Source of the DNA: a virus
Taxonomy: Duplodnaviria; Caudoviricetes
DNA length: 35,878 nt
Direction: 5' to 3' (one strand)
IMG/VR virus record: IMGVR_UViG_3300048576_000606
Span: 1-35,878 of that record
Shown here: piece after piece, positions 26,366-34,631 of the stretch
How positions within the stretch are numbered: the stretch's first letter is position 1
Layout: each line of letters starts with the position of its first letter
Program-made: the position numbers and the translations under genes
Notes under the pieces: generated by a model
The model's database searches: none
Told to the model about the DNA's origin: nothing
Seen by the model: the letters and a program-made list of their open reading frames with translations, nothing else

Positions 26366-27726
26366 GCTTGAGCCCTCCCGCGCAAAAGCCCAGTCGCATC
26401 GATGCGAGCAAGCATCTGCTGCTGGGTCGGTTTCTTGGCTTTGAAGTAATCATTGAAGTCTTTCCCGTGCTCAGGCTTCAGCCATGATATCTTGATCTCT
26501 CTGCAACCGACTGTACGCAGGCGTTCAGCGAGTGATGGAGGGCATATCTTCCCAGGGGCTGCAGTGGGGATATCGCGCCAGGCGGATCCAGCGCGATCGT
26601 TGTCCGCAATCGCCCATACACGCGGAGCCACGCGTCCGAGCCACCGCCACCACCCTCCCAAGAAAGCCGAGACTCCCTGGACGCCTCGAATCCCGATGAC
26701 CGCAACACCATCAGGAATCGACGTATCATGGAACCAACCACAGGCGCCGAAAAGCGATATCGCGTCCCATTGGCCTTCGAGCATGATGAGCAATCGGGTG
26801 GATTGTAGGTCGCCGAGCACAAACGGCTGAGGCGATATCATCGCCGGCCTCTCTTGCAGATCCAGGCCGAGGCTCTCCGCATACTGCACTAATGAGCGCT
26901 GAAACTCTGACCGCCAACCCGGGCGAGGTATCGCCGGCACGAAGCGCCATTTCTTCTCCGGTGGCTGACCTTCCTTGGTGATGACAAAGCGCTGATGGTA
27001 TCCGGTCGGTATCAGATCCACTGCAGAGCCGCGGATCTGCGGCCAATCGACGCGGAACGCGATCTGCCGACGGGCACCATTGCCCTCCACATCGAACATC
27101 GGTTCCAGTGGCATGCTGATGAGCCCCTGCTCGAGGAGTTCCCAAACCCACTCCTCTGGCCATCCGCGATCGATGGCCACCTTGCGCACACGCTCTGGCT
27201 CGCGCCGCATGGCTTCGATGCCATCCTCAAAACGGATGCGCACAAAATCAGGCCATAGAGGTACAGCCTGCAGTTCAGGGGGACGCAATGCCTCTTCCCT
27301 GGCCCGCCAGAGAGCCTCTTCCGCCGCCTGCTTGCGCTCTCGGCGCTCGATATTCTGCGCTGCCTTAACCAGTCGAGGGTCTGCTTGAGCAGAGTCAGCT
27401 GACACAGGAGGCATAGGATTCGCCTCCGGCGTAGGGGTAATACCGGAAAGCTCGATGAGCTTCAGCGCCAGTGCCCGGCCGCTTAGCTGCGGCCAGCAGC
27501 GCTTGGCAAATTGCCAGATGCCTCCTTTGTCAGCCGGCGTGCCACCGAAGTCGTGCCACACTCTCCCTCCCTTGGAGATCGAAAAGGATCCTGTTCGCTC
27601 ATCCCGGAAGGGTGACTTCACCACCCCATCCCCCTGCGGGAGGGGGCCAGCTAAAGCCGCCGCCTCCCATACCCGGGCTATGGTGAGCGCCTCAATAGCA
27701 CGGCGTAGATCATCATTCCGCTCCAT
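26362..27726 (-). CDS. TOPRIM DNA primase with Cys-less zinc-binding-domain-like N-terminus
   Basis: SPFRDERTGSFSI...WHDFG; LEGQWDAIS, ADNDRAG, KDFND. Confidence 0.88.
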   Translation of the reverse strand: MERNDDLRRAIEALTIARVWEAAALAGPLPQGDGVVKSPFRDERTGSFSISKGGRVWHDFGGTPADKGGIWQFAKRCWPQLSGRALALKLIELSGITPTPEANPMPPVSADSAQADPRLVKAAQNIERRERKQAAEEALWRAREEALRPPELQAVPLWPDFVRIRFEDGIEAMRREPERVRKVAIDRGWPEEWVWELLEQGLISMPLEPMFDVEGNGARRQIAFRVDWPQIRGSAVDLIPTGYHQRFVITKEGQPPEKKWRFVPAIPRPGWRSEFQRSLVQYAESLGLDLQERPAMISPQPFVLGDLQSTRLLIMLEGQWDAISLFGACGWFHDTSIPDGVAVIGIRGVQGVSAFLGGWWRWLGRVAPRVWAIADNDRAGSAWRDIPTAAPGKICPPSLAERLRTVGCREIKISWLKPEHGKDFNDYFKAKKPTQQQMLARIDATGLLRGRAQA

Positions 27727-28165
27727 GTAGCACCTCCATCTCGAGCCCTACTGCGCGTAGCTGCATCCGTGCCTGGGACTGGATCTGCAGGCTATCGATA
27801 CGGAAATACTTGAGGGAGCCAGCGCAGGATACTGGCGCAAGAAACGCGGCCGCGCGGCCGATAACGAAGCCGTAGGGGCCAGTGAACCAACGTGAGCTAT
27901 GAGTCGTAACGCAATCGTCGATACGCATCACTCCCACAAGGCACCCAAGTTCCACCCCTCTATGACAGGGTATCTGCACCCCTCGTTTGGCAGCGAACAA
28001 TGCATTCGCTGACCAGTCCCACTTCGCCGGCAACCGGCCCGCTGCATGCACGAGCACCCAGCCACGGACATGAGTCTGCCAATCACGGTTCTCAATGTCC
28101 TTGTATCCATGGGCCACAAGCCATGCCCATGGCTGACGGATGGAGAGTGCGAGCAGCGAGTCCAT
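27713..28165 (-). CDS. ASCH domain protein
   Basis: ALSIRQPWAWLVAHGYKDIENRDW...RGWVLVHA. Confidence 0.92.
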   Translation of the reverse strand: MDSLLALSIRQPWAWLVAHGYKDIENRDWQTHVRGWVLVHAAGRLPAKWDWSANALFAAKRGVQIPCHRGVELGCLVGVMRIDDCVTTHSSRWFTGPYGFVIGRAAAFLAPVSCAGSLKYFRIDSLQIQSQARMQLRAVGLEMEVLHGAE

Positions 28166-30135
28166 TATGCTGCTGACTCCTGTTTCCCATCATCAGCGGT
28201 GTCCCTCTGGTACCAAGGAGCATTCTTGACCCGCTCGATGATCTCCTTTTTTCCCGAGTCGCTCTCCTCCAGGAATCCGAGGCTGTCGCGCTCCAAAATC
28301 CATTTAAGGAAGTCTCCTCCATCGCCAGAATTATCACAATCGCCATCGATACCCGACTCCAAGACCTCTGTGGCCGCGGATTCTAGCTTTGTATCGAGCA
28401 TGATGCGGAACAAGTCGACCTGGTTGGCGGCCTGCAGAGCTGCCAAGCCCTTGATATCGGTCCATTCACGGCAGTTCAGATCGTCGGGAAGCTTGATCCC
28501 TTGGCGCTCTGCCGCCTCATTATCAAATTCGCACCCACAGCCGACATAGGAAGAGGGAGCCATCAAGGCAGCGAAGAGCCATGCGAGCTCACGTTCTCCC
28601 ATGCGTTTGATCTTCCCGATCGCCTTCCTGGCTTCCTCGACGAGTGCGGGGAGCTTCTCGCCGCGGTCCTTCTTCATTTCACGCTTTGCCGCTTGGGTGA
28701 GCTTCTCAATGAACTTCTTGTCCAAACAAATCTCAGTCTCATGGCCGCCATGATCGACGGCGATCTGTCGCTTAACATCAGGGACCAGCCGCTTCAGCCC
28801 CTTGACCACCGAAAGCGACGAGTTCGAGTCGAGTTCTGCGTAGGACCCATACTCGAGCTGCGAAAGCTTGAGCTTTTTTTTCTTCGCACCCTTCGTCGCG
28901 GCCTCCTCGAGCTCTTTGCGCTCTGCCTCTTCCTTTGCCTTCTTTTCGGCAAGGAGCTTGGATTTTTCAACTTCCCAATGCGCAGGGTCGAAGCACACGA
29001 TTTCGCCATCTGTGGGGAAGTATGCTGGGTGCTTTTTTAGCGATGGCGGGAACTTGAAATCGCTCTGCCATGTGGGAATTTTCACAGCAAGCCCGGCACG
29101 CTCGAGTTCATATGAGTATGGAACGCCGCGCTCAATACGGGCAGACTTAACCTCATCGCGCACACATACCTCAGCCAGGAGGGAGACCACCTTTGGAAAG
29201 TCTGCGAATCGTGCCAAGGCAACGCCATGAGCCACGCTCAGCTTGCCCTCGCGAATGATCTGCACCACATCCTCCGGCAGCCGGAGCACCCGCAGGGCAT
29301 TCGCAACGCTCGGACGCGAGCGGTTCACTCGGGCGGCTACCTGCTCCTGAGTGAGCCCTTCGGCCGCCATGAGATCGCGATAACCCTCGGCTTCCTCGAT
29401 CGGGTTAAGATCGACGCGCTGTAGGTTTTCGACCAAGGCGGCCGCCTTGGCAGCCTTGCGGCTCACGCCCTCGTAGACCTTGGCCTCAACCGTCTCCAAC
29501 CCAAGCATGACGTGTGCGCGGTGTCTACGATTGCCAAGGATGACCTCATACCGCTCGATGAGCATGCCTTCAATGATACCCGGGAGTTCCTGCACCTCCT
29601 CTGGTAGCAACCGTCGCACTGCGATCGGTTGTAACAGGCCATGCTGACGGATCGAGGCGGCCAGCTGGCGCATGGCTTCCGAGTCAAAGGTCTTCCTTGC
29701 GTTCGCGGGGTCTTCGACGATCGCGGAGACAGGGATCTCATCAACCTTCCCTTTTGGCAGCGCTGCAATCACTGGCCCCTGCTCCTGATTATCTTCGATC
29801 GGCATGCCGAGCTGCGCATGGAATGCCTCAAGTGCCTTCACAATTTTAGGCTCCTTCTGGAAGAAGCGAACCACTCCTTGCAATGCGTGCTTGAGGGCCG
29901 CGAGGCGATCAGGAAGCGCCGGATCCGCGATCCCGACAGCTGATAATTCCGCGTGGTCTTTGAATTTCACGTTCCAGCCGGAGCGCCACGACCCATCTGG
30001 ACACACTCCAAGATGCAATTCGCACGCGACGGCCTTCTTGCCAGTCGTCAATATCTCAGGCAGGGGTTTGATGATTTCAGGGTCTTCACAGACGCCGCTC
30101 TCAGTCCATTTGTTCGCGATCAGTTCAGTTGTCAT
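28165..30135 (-). CDS. ParB/Spo0J family protein with N- and C-terminal extensions
   Basis: NARKTFD, LAASIRQHGLLQPIAVR, GNRRHRA, ENLQRVDLNPIEEA, HTH TQEQVAARVNRSRPSVANALR; start likely MTTELI. Confidence 0.9.
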   Translation of the reverse strand: MTTELIANKWTESGVCEDPEIIKPLPEILTTGKKAVACELHLGVCPDGSWRSGWNVKFKDHAELSAVGIADPALPDRLAALKHALQGVVRFFQKEPKIVKALEAFHAQLGMPIEDNQEQGPVIAALPKGKVDEIPVSAIVEDPANARKTFDSEAMRQLAASIRQHGLLQPIAVRRLLPEEVQELPGIIEGMLIERYEVILGNRRHRAHVMLGLETVEAKVYEGVSRKAAKAAALVENLQRVDLNPIEEAEGYRDLMAAEGLTQEQVAARVNRSRPSVANALRVLRLPEDVVQIIREGKLSVAHGVALARFADFPKVVSLLAEVCVRDEVKSARIERGVPYSYELERAGLAVKIPTWQSDFKFPPSLKKHPAYFPTDGEIVCFDPAHWEVEKSKLLAEKKAKEEAERKELEEAATKGAKKKKLKLSQLEYGSYAELDSNSSLSVVKGLKRLVPDVKRQIAVDHGGHETEICLDKKFIEKLTQAAKREMKKDRGEKLPALVEEARKAIGKIKRMGERELAWLFAALMAPSSYVGCGCEFDNEAAERQGIKLPDDLNCREWTDIKGLAALQAANQVDLFRIMLDTKLESAATEVLESGIDGDCDNSGDGGDFLKWILERDSLGFLEESDSGKKEIIERVKNAPWYQRDTADDGKQESAA

Positions 30136-30322
30136 CGGTTTTCCTTGTCGGTTTTTTATTCGCGCCGGCATCGACCAGCGCATGTTGAAGCTTGACGAGT
30201 TCTGGTTCAGCATGATCGCCCTGCGCGGCCAGTATCCGCTCCACCAGCACCAGACAATGAACCCTCAGCTGGCGAAGGGTGGTGAGCTCGCAGACGAATG
30301 CGGAGTGTGCGAGATCAGTCAT
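30125..30322 (-). CDS. Small early hypothetical protein (65 aa)
   Basis: ATGA-coupled; MTDLAHSAF... Confidence 0.6.
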   Translation of the reverse strand: MTDLAHSAFVCELTTLRQLRVHCLVLVERILAAQGDHAEPELVKLQHALVDAGANKKPTRKTDDN

Positions 30323-30537
30323 CGGTTGAGCAGTTCCGCTGTTCCTTCGGCCAGATGTTTGGCAGAAAACAGGCCGCACTTCCGGCCAGAGGCGTCGAGG
30401 AGCTCTGACATACCGTCTACCCGCTCAATGACTCGGAATCCGGAGGGAATAGAAGGGGGTGGTAACTCCCGTAGAATAGCTTGGACGCGACCGCCAGCGA
30501 TGACGCGCGCACCAATAATCTGTGCGACCGCGCTCAT
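30319..30537 (-). CDS. Small early hypothetical protein (72 aa)
   Basis: GGAGG plus ATGA coupling; MSAVAQIIG... Confidence 0.6.
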   Translation of the reverse strand: MSAVAQIIGARVIAGGRVQAILRELPPPSIPSGFRVIERVDGMSELLDASGRKCGLFSAKHLAEGTAELLNR

Positions 30538-30797
30538 TCGTCTTCCTCCTTCTGCCACCAATAAGGCCCAGCTGTGCCACAAGCGACAGTGTCCTTGGGT
30601 GCATCAGCGGCGGCGAGTTCGCGCTGAAGCGTCGCGAGCTCGCCGCTGACCACGGATGCAGCCTCCTGTTGTCCGCGGCGCTGAAGTTTTTCTGCAACCT
30701 GCTGCAGTCCGTGAATGGTGATGAGTTCGCGACCGCCGACCCACAGCCAGTCGAGACCGTACTCGAGCGCCTTGTCGATCGAGTAAAATTCACTCAT
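30534..30797 (-). CDS. Small early hypothetical protein
   Basis: MSEFYSIDKALEYG...PYWWQKEEDE; start uncertain. Confidence 0.6.
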   Translation of the reverse strand: MSEFYSIDKALEYGLDWLWVGGRELITIHGLQQVAEKLQRRGQQEAASVVSGELATLQRELAAADAPKDTVACGTAGPYWWQKEEDE

Positions 30798-30864
30798 GGC
30801 GCTCTCGGGAAGCTTCGCGGAGAGATAACTGCGAGCTAATCCTGGGGGATTCATGGAATGATAA

Positions 30865-31092
30865 TCAGCGGCGCCTGGGCGACACGCTGCGGGATACAAT
30901 CTTGCGTTTGAGTTGCTCGTTCTCCGAACGCAGCCGCTCGATCAAATCTTCATACAGGCCGAACACCAGGCGTGTGCCTCGCTTGTATACCTCGAGCTTT
31001 TCCGTAGACGGGGCGCGAGCAGCGAGTGCCTCCCACTCGGAGAGCATGGCGTCGCGCCGCGAAGAGATAGTGCTAGTATCAGGTGCGCTCAT
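30865..31092 (-). CDS. Small early coiled-coil protein (75 aa)
   Basis: GAGG plus ATGA coupling. Confidence 0.65.
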   Translation of the reverse strand: MSAPDTSTISSRRDAMLSEWEALAARAPSTEKLEVYKRGTRLVFGLYEDLIERLRSENEQLKRKIVSRSVSPRRR

Positions 31093-31214
31093 GATTCCTC
31101 TTCGCTTTCGCCAGCGGATATAAAAGCAGCGACAACCAGATAAACGGGTAAAGCAGCGACAACGACGAGAGTGTCCAGCGCTGCGCGGAGATGGGCGATG
31201 GCAGTAGCGAGCAT
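31089..31214 (-). CDS. 41-aa hydrophobic peptide
   Basis: MLATAIAHLRAALDTLVVVAALPVYLVVAAFISAGESEEES; fills gap, ATGA-coupled. Confidence 0.55.
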   Translation of the reverse strand: MLATAIAHLRAALDTLVVVAALPVYLVVAAFISAGESEEES

Positions 31215-31230
31215 GGAGGGATGGGTTTGG

Positions 31231-31539
31231 TCAGAAGCCGTTGGCGCCCGTGAGGCGCGATTCCTCAGAAAGTGGGATGCGATATCCATTCGCGCAGACT
31301 CGGAGGGTCCGAATGACGCGAGCCTTGCACCGGCTCGAGATCGTGCGCGGGTGTATGCCGAGCACAGAAGCCAAGCTGTCGACGGTATGGTAGCCACGAG
31401 CAGCAGCCACGGCCCGGGCTTCCTGGGCCTTCACAGCGTCCTCGGGGAGTACGACCGCGGCTCCAGCGCGAAGCTGATGCACCTCGGCTTGCAGCTCATC
31501 GAGCTTCCTGAGGATGAGTACGACCGTCTCGTCGCTCAT
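31231..31539 (-). CDS. Excisionase-like winged HTH protein
   Basis: YHTVDSLASVLGIHPRTISSRCKARVI...GYRIPLSE; early operon. Confidence 0.75.
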   Translation of the reverse strand: MSDETVVLILRKLDELQAEVHQLRAGAAVVLPEDAVKAQEARAVAAARGYHTVDSLASVLGIHPRTISSRCKARVIRTLRVCANGYRIPLSEESRLTGANGF

Positions 31540-31865
31540 AGCTCAGTCCCCCCGATGCCCTCGTCGGCTTTTGCGCTTTTTGCGACGTGTTTACGGGCAG
31601 CCCTGAGCTGGCCGATCTCGTCTTTATCCACGCGTCCGTCCTGGAGTACGCGGTCGAGGATCTCGACGGCAGCGCGATCATCGATCTCGGCACTCAGAGC
31701 AGTGTTGCGGACCTCCTGGACTCCCACCTTGGCCTCATCTACGGCGCGTTCTCCGGCCTCAGTCCAGAGGTGACAGCCAGGCTTCCCTAATTCGCTGAAT
31801 CGCTTTGCACAAATGCCAAAGGCATTCCTAGCGCGGGTTAGTGGAGGGGCAACTAGGGGGCTCAT
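31536..31865 (-). CDS. Early regulatory protein (CII-like position)
   Basis: Second gene of early operon; LQDGRVDKDE motif. Confidence 0.5.
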   Translation of the reverse strand: MSPLVAPPLTRARNAFGICAKRFSELGKPGCHLWTEAGERAVDEAKVGVQEVRNTALSAEIDDRAAVEILDRVLQDGRVDKDEIGQLRAARKHVAKSAKADEGIGGTEL

Positions 31866-32143
31866 AGCGTCATAACTCCTTTGTTTGCCGCCAAACTGAC
31901 CACCTGATCTGCAGCCAGCCCAAGGCGTGCTGCCGCGGCGGCCTTCCCGTCTCGACGAATCATCTCCACGAATCGTGTGACCAGTGCCGACTCCTCAGTG
32001 CCTGGAATCTTTCCTATCGAGCGTAGATCTTTTTCGACAAGATCCGCGATGTACGCACTACGGTTGCCTGTATGAGAATCGATTGCCTCCAGTATCATCA
32101 GAGGCAAGGAGACTGAGATTTTCTGTGTCTTATCTGCTGGCAC
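31862..32143 (-). CDS. Ribbon-helix-helix regulator in the Cro position
   Basis: TQKISVSLPLMILEAID...NRSAYIADLVEKDL; GTG at 32143 leaves the operator region intergenic. Confidence 0.8.
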   Translation of the reverse strand: MPADKTQKISVSLPLMILEAIDSHTGNRSAYIADLVEKDLRSIGKIPGTEESALVTRFVEMIRRDGKAAAAARLGLAADQVVSLAANKGVMTL

Positions 32144-32224
32144 GATGCTACCGGTAGCAATCAGTAGCAGTAGTATCAATGCTAAAATATCGCACCAGGT
32201 AGCATTTATTAGCAAGGTGCTACT
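32144..32224. promoter_or_regulatory. Divergent promoter/operator region with TAGCA/TGCTA boxes
   Basis: Boxes at 32146, 32155, 32165, 32180, 32200, 32210, 32218 (plus TAGTA at 32171); palindrome TGCTACCGGTAGCA. Confidence 0.78.
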
Positions 32225-32776
32225 GTGGAGCTTGATAAATCAATTAAAAAATCCATTTCTTTTCCGCCAGGTCTGCTCGAGTCTGCGCTCGGCCGAGCCA
32301 CTTCAGACCATGCTGGAAATCTGTCTAGGTATTTGCAGGTATTGATAGAACGCGATCTCTCCGGTGACAATGAACCTGATCCGCTGAGCCCCACCATCAT
32401 TGTCGATCTTGCACGGCGGCTCTGTGGCGAAATGGATGCGGCTGACATCGCGCTACGCTTGGAATCCCTTGGTCAGGTCGCTCAATCGAAGCTTCTGCGC
32501 AACCTACTTGAGCATGTCGCCATGGGGCAGCTGCAGAAGGAACTCATGACGCGTCCGCTCGCACTGGATCCTGCCCACAGCGCGTCTACTGGCAGCAAGT
32601 TTGTGACAACAAAGCTTCCTGATGGGAAATTCGCTATTACTGTGCAGCCGCAAGAGCATACAAAGCACCCGCGACGATTGGCGCGAGAAAGCGCGCAGCG
32701 GGTTGAGGTGGAAGCCAAAGCAAGGCACGATCAGGAGGTGGCCCAAGATTTCCCCGATGGCCCCATTTCCCCATGA
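32225..32776 (+). CDS. Ribbon-helix-helix regulator in the CI position
   Basis: IKKSISFPPGLLESALGRA...NLSRYLQVLIERDL; divergent from early operon. Confidence 0.8.
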   Translation: MELDKSIKKSISFPPGLLESALGRATSDHAGNLSRYLQVLIERDLSGDNEPDPLSPTIIVDLARRLCGEMDAADIALRLESLGQVAQSKLLRNLLEHVAMGQLQKELMTRPLALDPAHSASTGSKFVTTKLPDGKFAITVQPQEHTKHPRRLARESAQRVEVEAKARHDQEVAQDFPDGPISP

Positions 32777-33102
32777 ACACCCAGACCATCTATTCATATA
32801 CGCATGATAAAGTGCAAATTGGTCCCTATTTAGCCGTTCAAATTCTCAGAATGGTTGAAAATGGAACCATTAAAGCGGACGCCACCATCACCCGCGCATC
32901 TGACGGCAAAACGATCGATGTTCAGGAATTCCTGAGCTGGTACGCCAGTGAAATTTATCAGGGAGTTTCTATTCGTGGCGTGAACATTCCATTCGAGGCG
33001 CTCCTCCGGATGATGTTGAAGACTTTGGTAGCTGCCGGATTCATTGGTCTGTTAATCTGGATAGTCTACGCCGTCGCTTCTGCCATTTGGCGCCTGTATT
33101 GA
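32773..33102 (+). CDS. Membrane protein with GYF_2/DUF4339-like N-terminus
   Basis: QIGPYLAVQILRMVENGTIKADATI; C-terminal TM; ATGA-coupled to repressor. Confidence 0.65.
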   Translation: MNTQTIYSYTHDKVQIGPYLAVQILRMVENGTIKADATITRASDGKTIDVQEFLSWYASEIYQGVSIRGVNIPFEALLRMMLKTLVAAGFIGLLIWIVYAVASAIWRLY

Positions 33103-33115
33103 CTCTATTTCCACC

Positions 33116-33943
33116 ATGGCCTCCGGTGTACGCGTTGCCCTAACTCGTTCTCAACTCTCGACCGACGAAGGCAAGCGACTCGTCGATCTCTGCCTTGATC
33201 TCGGTCTTGATGGAGAGTTCTCCGACACGGACTTGGTGCAGCTTCACAAATTCCTCGCGTCAGTGGACAACGGAAGCATCCCTGCCGTGTCCCATCTTAA
33301 GTCCCTCATATTCGACGCGGTTGCAGACGGTGCGATTTCTGAATCAGAACGGTCTCTCATCCACAAGCAGATTGAGCGGGTGCTGCCTCCATCAGAGCGG
33401 GAACGGCTTGCCCTCGTCCGGAAAGAGAAAGAGGAGTCGAGATTCAGAGTGCAATCATTCGGTGTAGATTGGCACGATGATCCCCTATCCGAAGCGCAGA
33501 TCCGCTACATCAACAGCCTGGGCGGTGATCCATCCACGGTCTCCACCAAAGGAGACGCGGCGACGCTTATCGATGCTTTGCTTCACTCGCCAAAATCAAT
33601 CACTCCACGTCAAAGGATGGTCCTGCAGTTCTGGGGAGCCACTCCATCATTGGATTATGGAAAACCTGAGATCAGCCAGTGGATGGACAAGTGGTATTCA
33701 GAAGATCCTGACAGGCTAGCTGCGTGGGAGTCCTACAAGGAATCCGTTGGCGATTGCGGGCAAATGAGAGACCCATCTACCATTCAGTTCGGCATTGGTG
33801 GCATTTGGTTGCAGAGAGTTAAGAATGGTAAGCCCGCTGTAATTCCTTCCAAACAACAGACAAACTCAGTCTTCATAATCGCCTTCATCCTCGCGATCGT
33901 CCTACTTTTCGCCTATATGCTTTATCGTACTATCATGGGTTGA
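33116..33943 (+). CDS. Tail-anchored membrane protein with TerB-like acidic motifs
   Basis: LDGEFSDTDL and ADGAISESER; two repeats (LSEAQIRYINSLG..., ITPRQRMVLQFWG...); C-terminal TM. Confidence 0.65.
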   Translation: MASGVRVALTRSQLSTDEGKRLVDLCLDLGLDGEFSDTDLVQLHKFLASVDNGSIPAVSHLKSLIFDAVADGAISESERSLIHKQIERVLPPSERERLALVRKEKEESRFRVQSFGVDWHDDPLSEAQIRYINSLGGDPSTVSTKGDAATLIDALLHSPKSITPRQRMVLQFWGATPSLDYGKPEISQWMDKWYSEDPDRLAAWESYKESVGDCGQMRDPSTIQFGIGGIWLQRVKNGKPAVIPSKQQTNSVFIIAFILAIVLLFAYMLYRTIMG

Positions 33944-33968
33944 CGGATGTGTGCGGTGCCAACCCTGA

Positions 33969-34181
33969 CTAATTTCGTCTGTTCTCATGTCCTGGACACC
34001 ATGGCGCCAGACACACTCGGGGCGGTGTCTCGGGCATATTGCACCCTCGGCATCGATGACCTCGCTTGGTATCGTTGATGCGATACCAGAGAAGGTAAGC
34101 GACCACCTGCGCCTGCTCTAGAGTAGTCGCATTGGTAATTTCTTTGTATAGCTTGGCTAAATCGTTGGGGCAGTTCTTCAT
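33969..34181 (-). CDS. 70-aa Cys-rich hypothetical protein
   Basis: CRGC...CLAPWC; divergent from the tandem-RHH gene. Confidence 0.5.
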   Translation of the reverse strand: MKNCPNDLAKLYKEITNATTLEQAQVVAYLLWYRINDTKRGHRCRGCNMPETPPRVCLAPWCPGHENRRN

Positions 34182-34289
34182 CCATCGGGGTTATGGTGAA
34201 ATGGAAGGTGTATGCCGGAAGAAGTAGTATTACCTGGTATGCTACAAGTCTGTTTGCGATATCCTTCTGATTGCGTGCTGCATGTATCA

Positions 34290-34631
34290 ATGCCATCAGG
34301 GAAAGGACCAGCGCATGCGCACTCCATTCGTATTGACCCAAATGTCCGCGCCCAGGCCAAAGCCAGGGCCAAGCGGTTCGGCATTTCCTTCAGCCTTTAT
34401 ACCGCTTTCTTAGTCCGTGCCGTGGTCCATGGTCACGACCCGAAAATCCCGGCGAACATCAAACCATCAAACCTGATCCGAGATCCGGTCTGCATCACCA
34501 TGACCAACAATCTCTGGAAGGCTATTGGACTGGCCGCCGCCGATCGCGATCTATCGATCTCGGAGTTTATCGAGACCCTGTACCTAGATGCAGCGGAGCA
34601 GCCGACCATTGTAGTGTACCCCGTGACTTAG
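34290..34631 (+). CDS. Tandem ribbon-helix-helix protein
   Basis: HSIRIDPNVRAQAKARAKRFGISFSLYTAFLV and VCITMTNNLWKAIGLAAADRDLSISEFIETL; start uncertain (34212 or 34290). Confidence 0.72.
   Translation: MPSGKGPAHAHSIRIDPNVRAQAKARAKRFGISFSLYTAFLVRAVVHGHDPKIPANIKPSNLIRDPVCITMTNNLWKAIGLAAADRDLSISEFIETLYLDAAEQPTIVVYPVT

Noticed and set aside
32144-32215. Hydrophobic N-terminal extension of the Cro-position ORF
   Set aside because: It is a translation of the operator repeats; GTG 32143 puts the RHH strand at the N-terminus
33985-34384. 118-aa and 68-aa minus-strand ORFs
   Set aside because: They overlap the tandem-RHH gene and the putative operator; no supporting motifs
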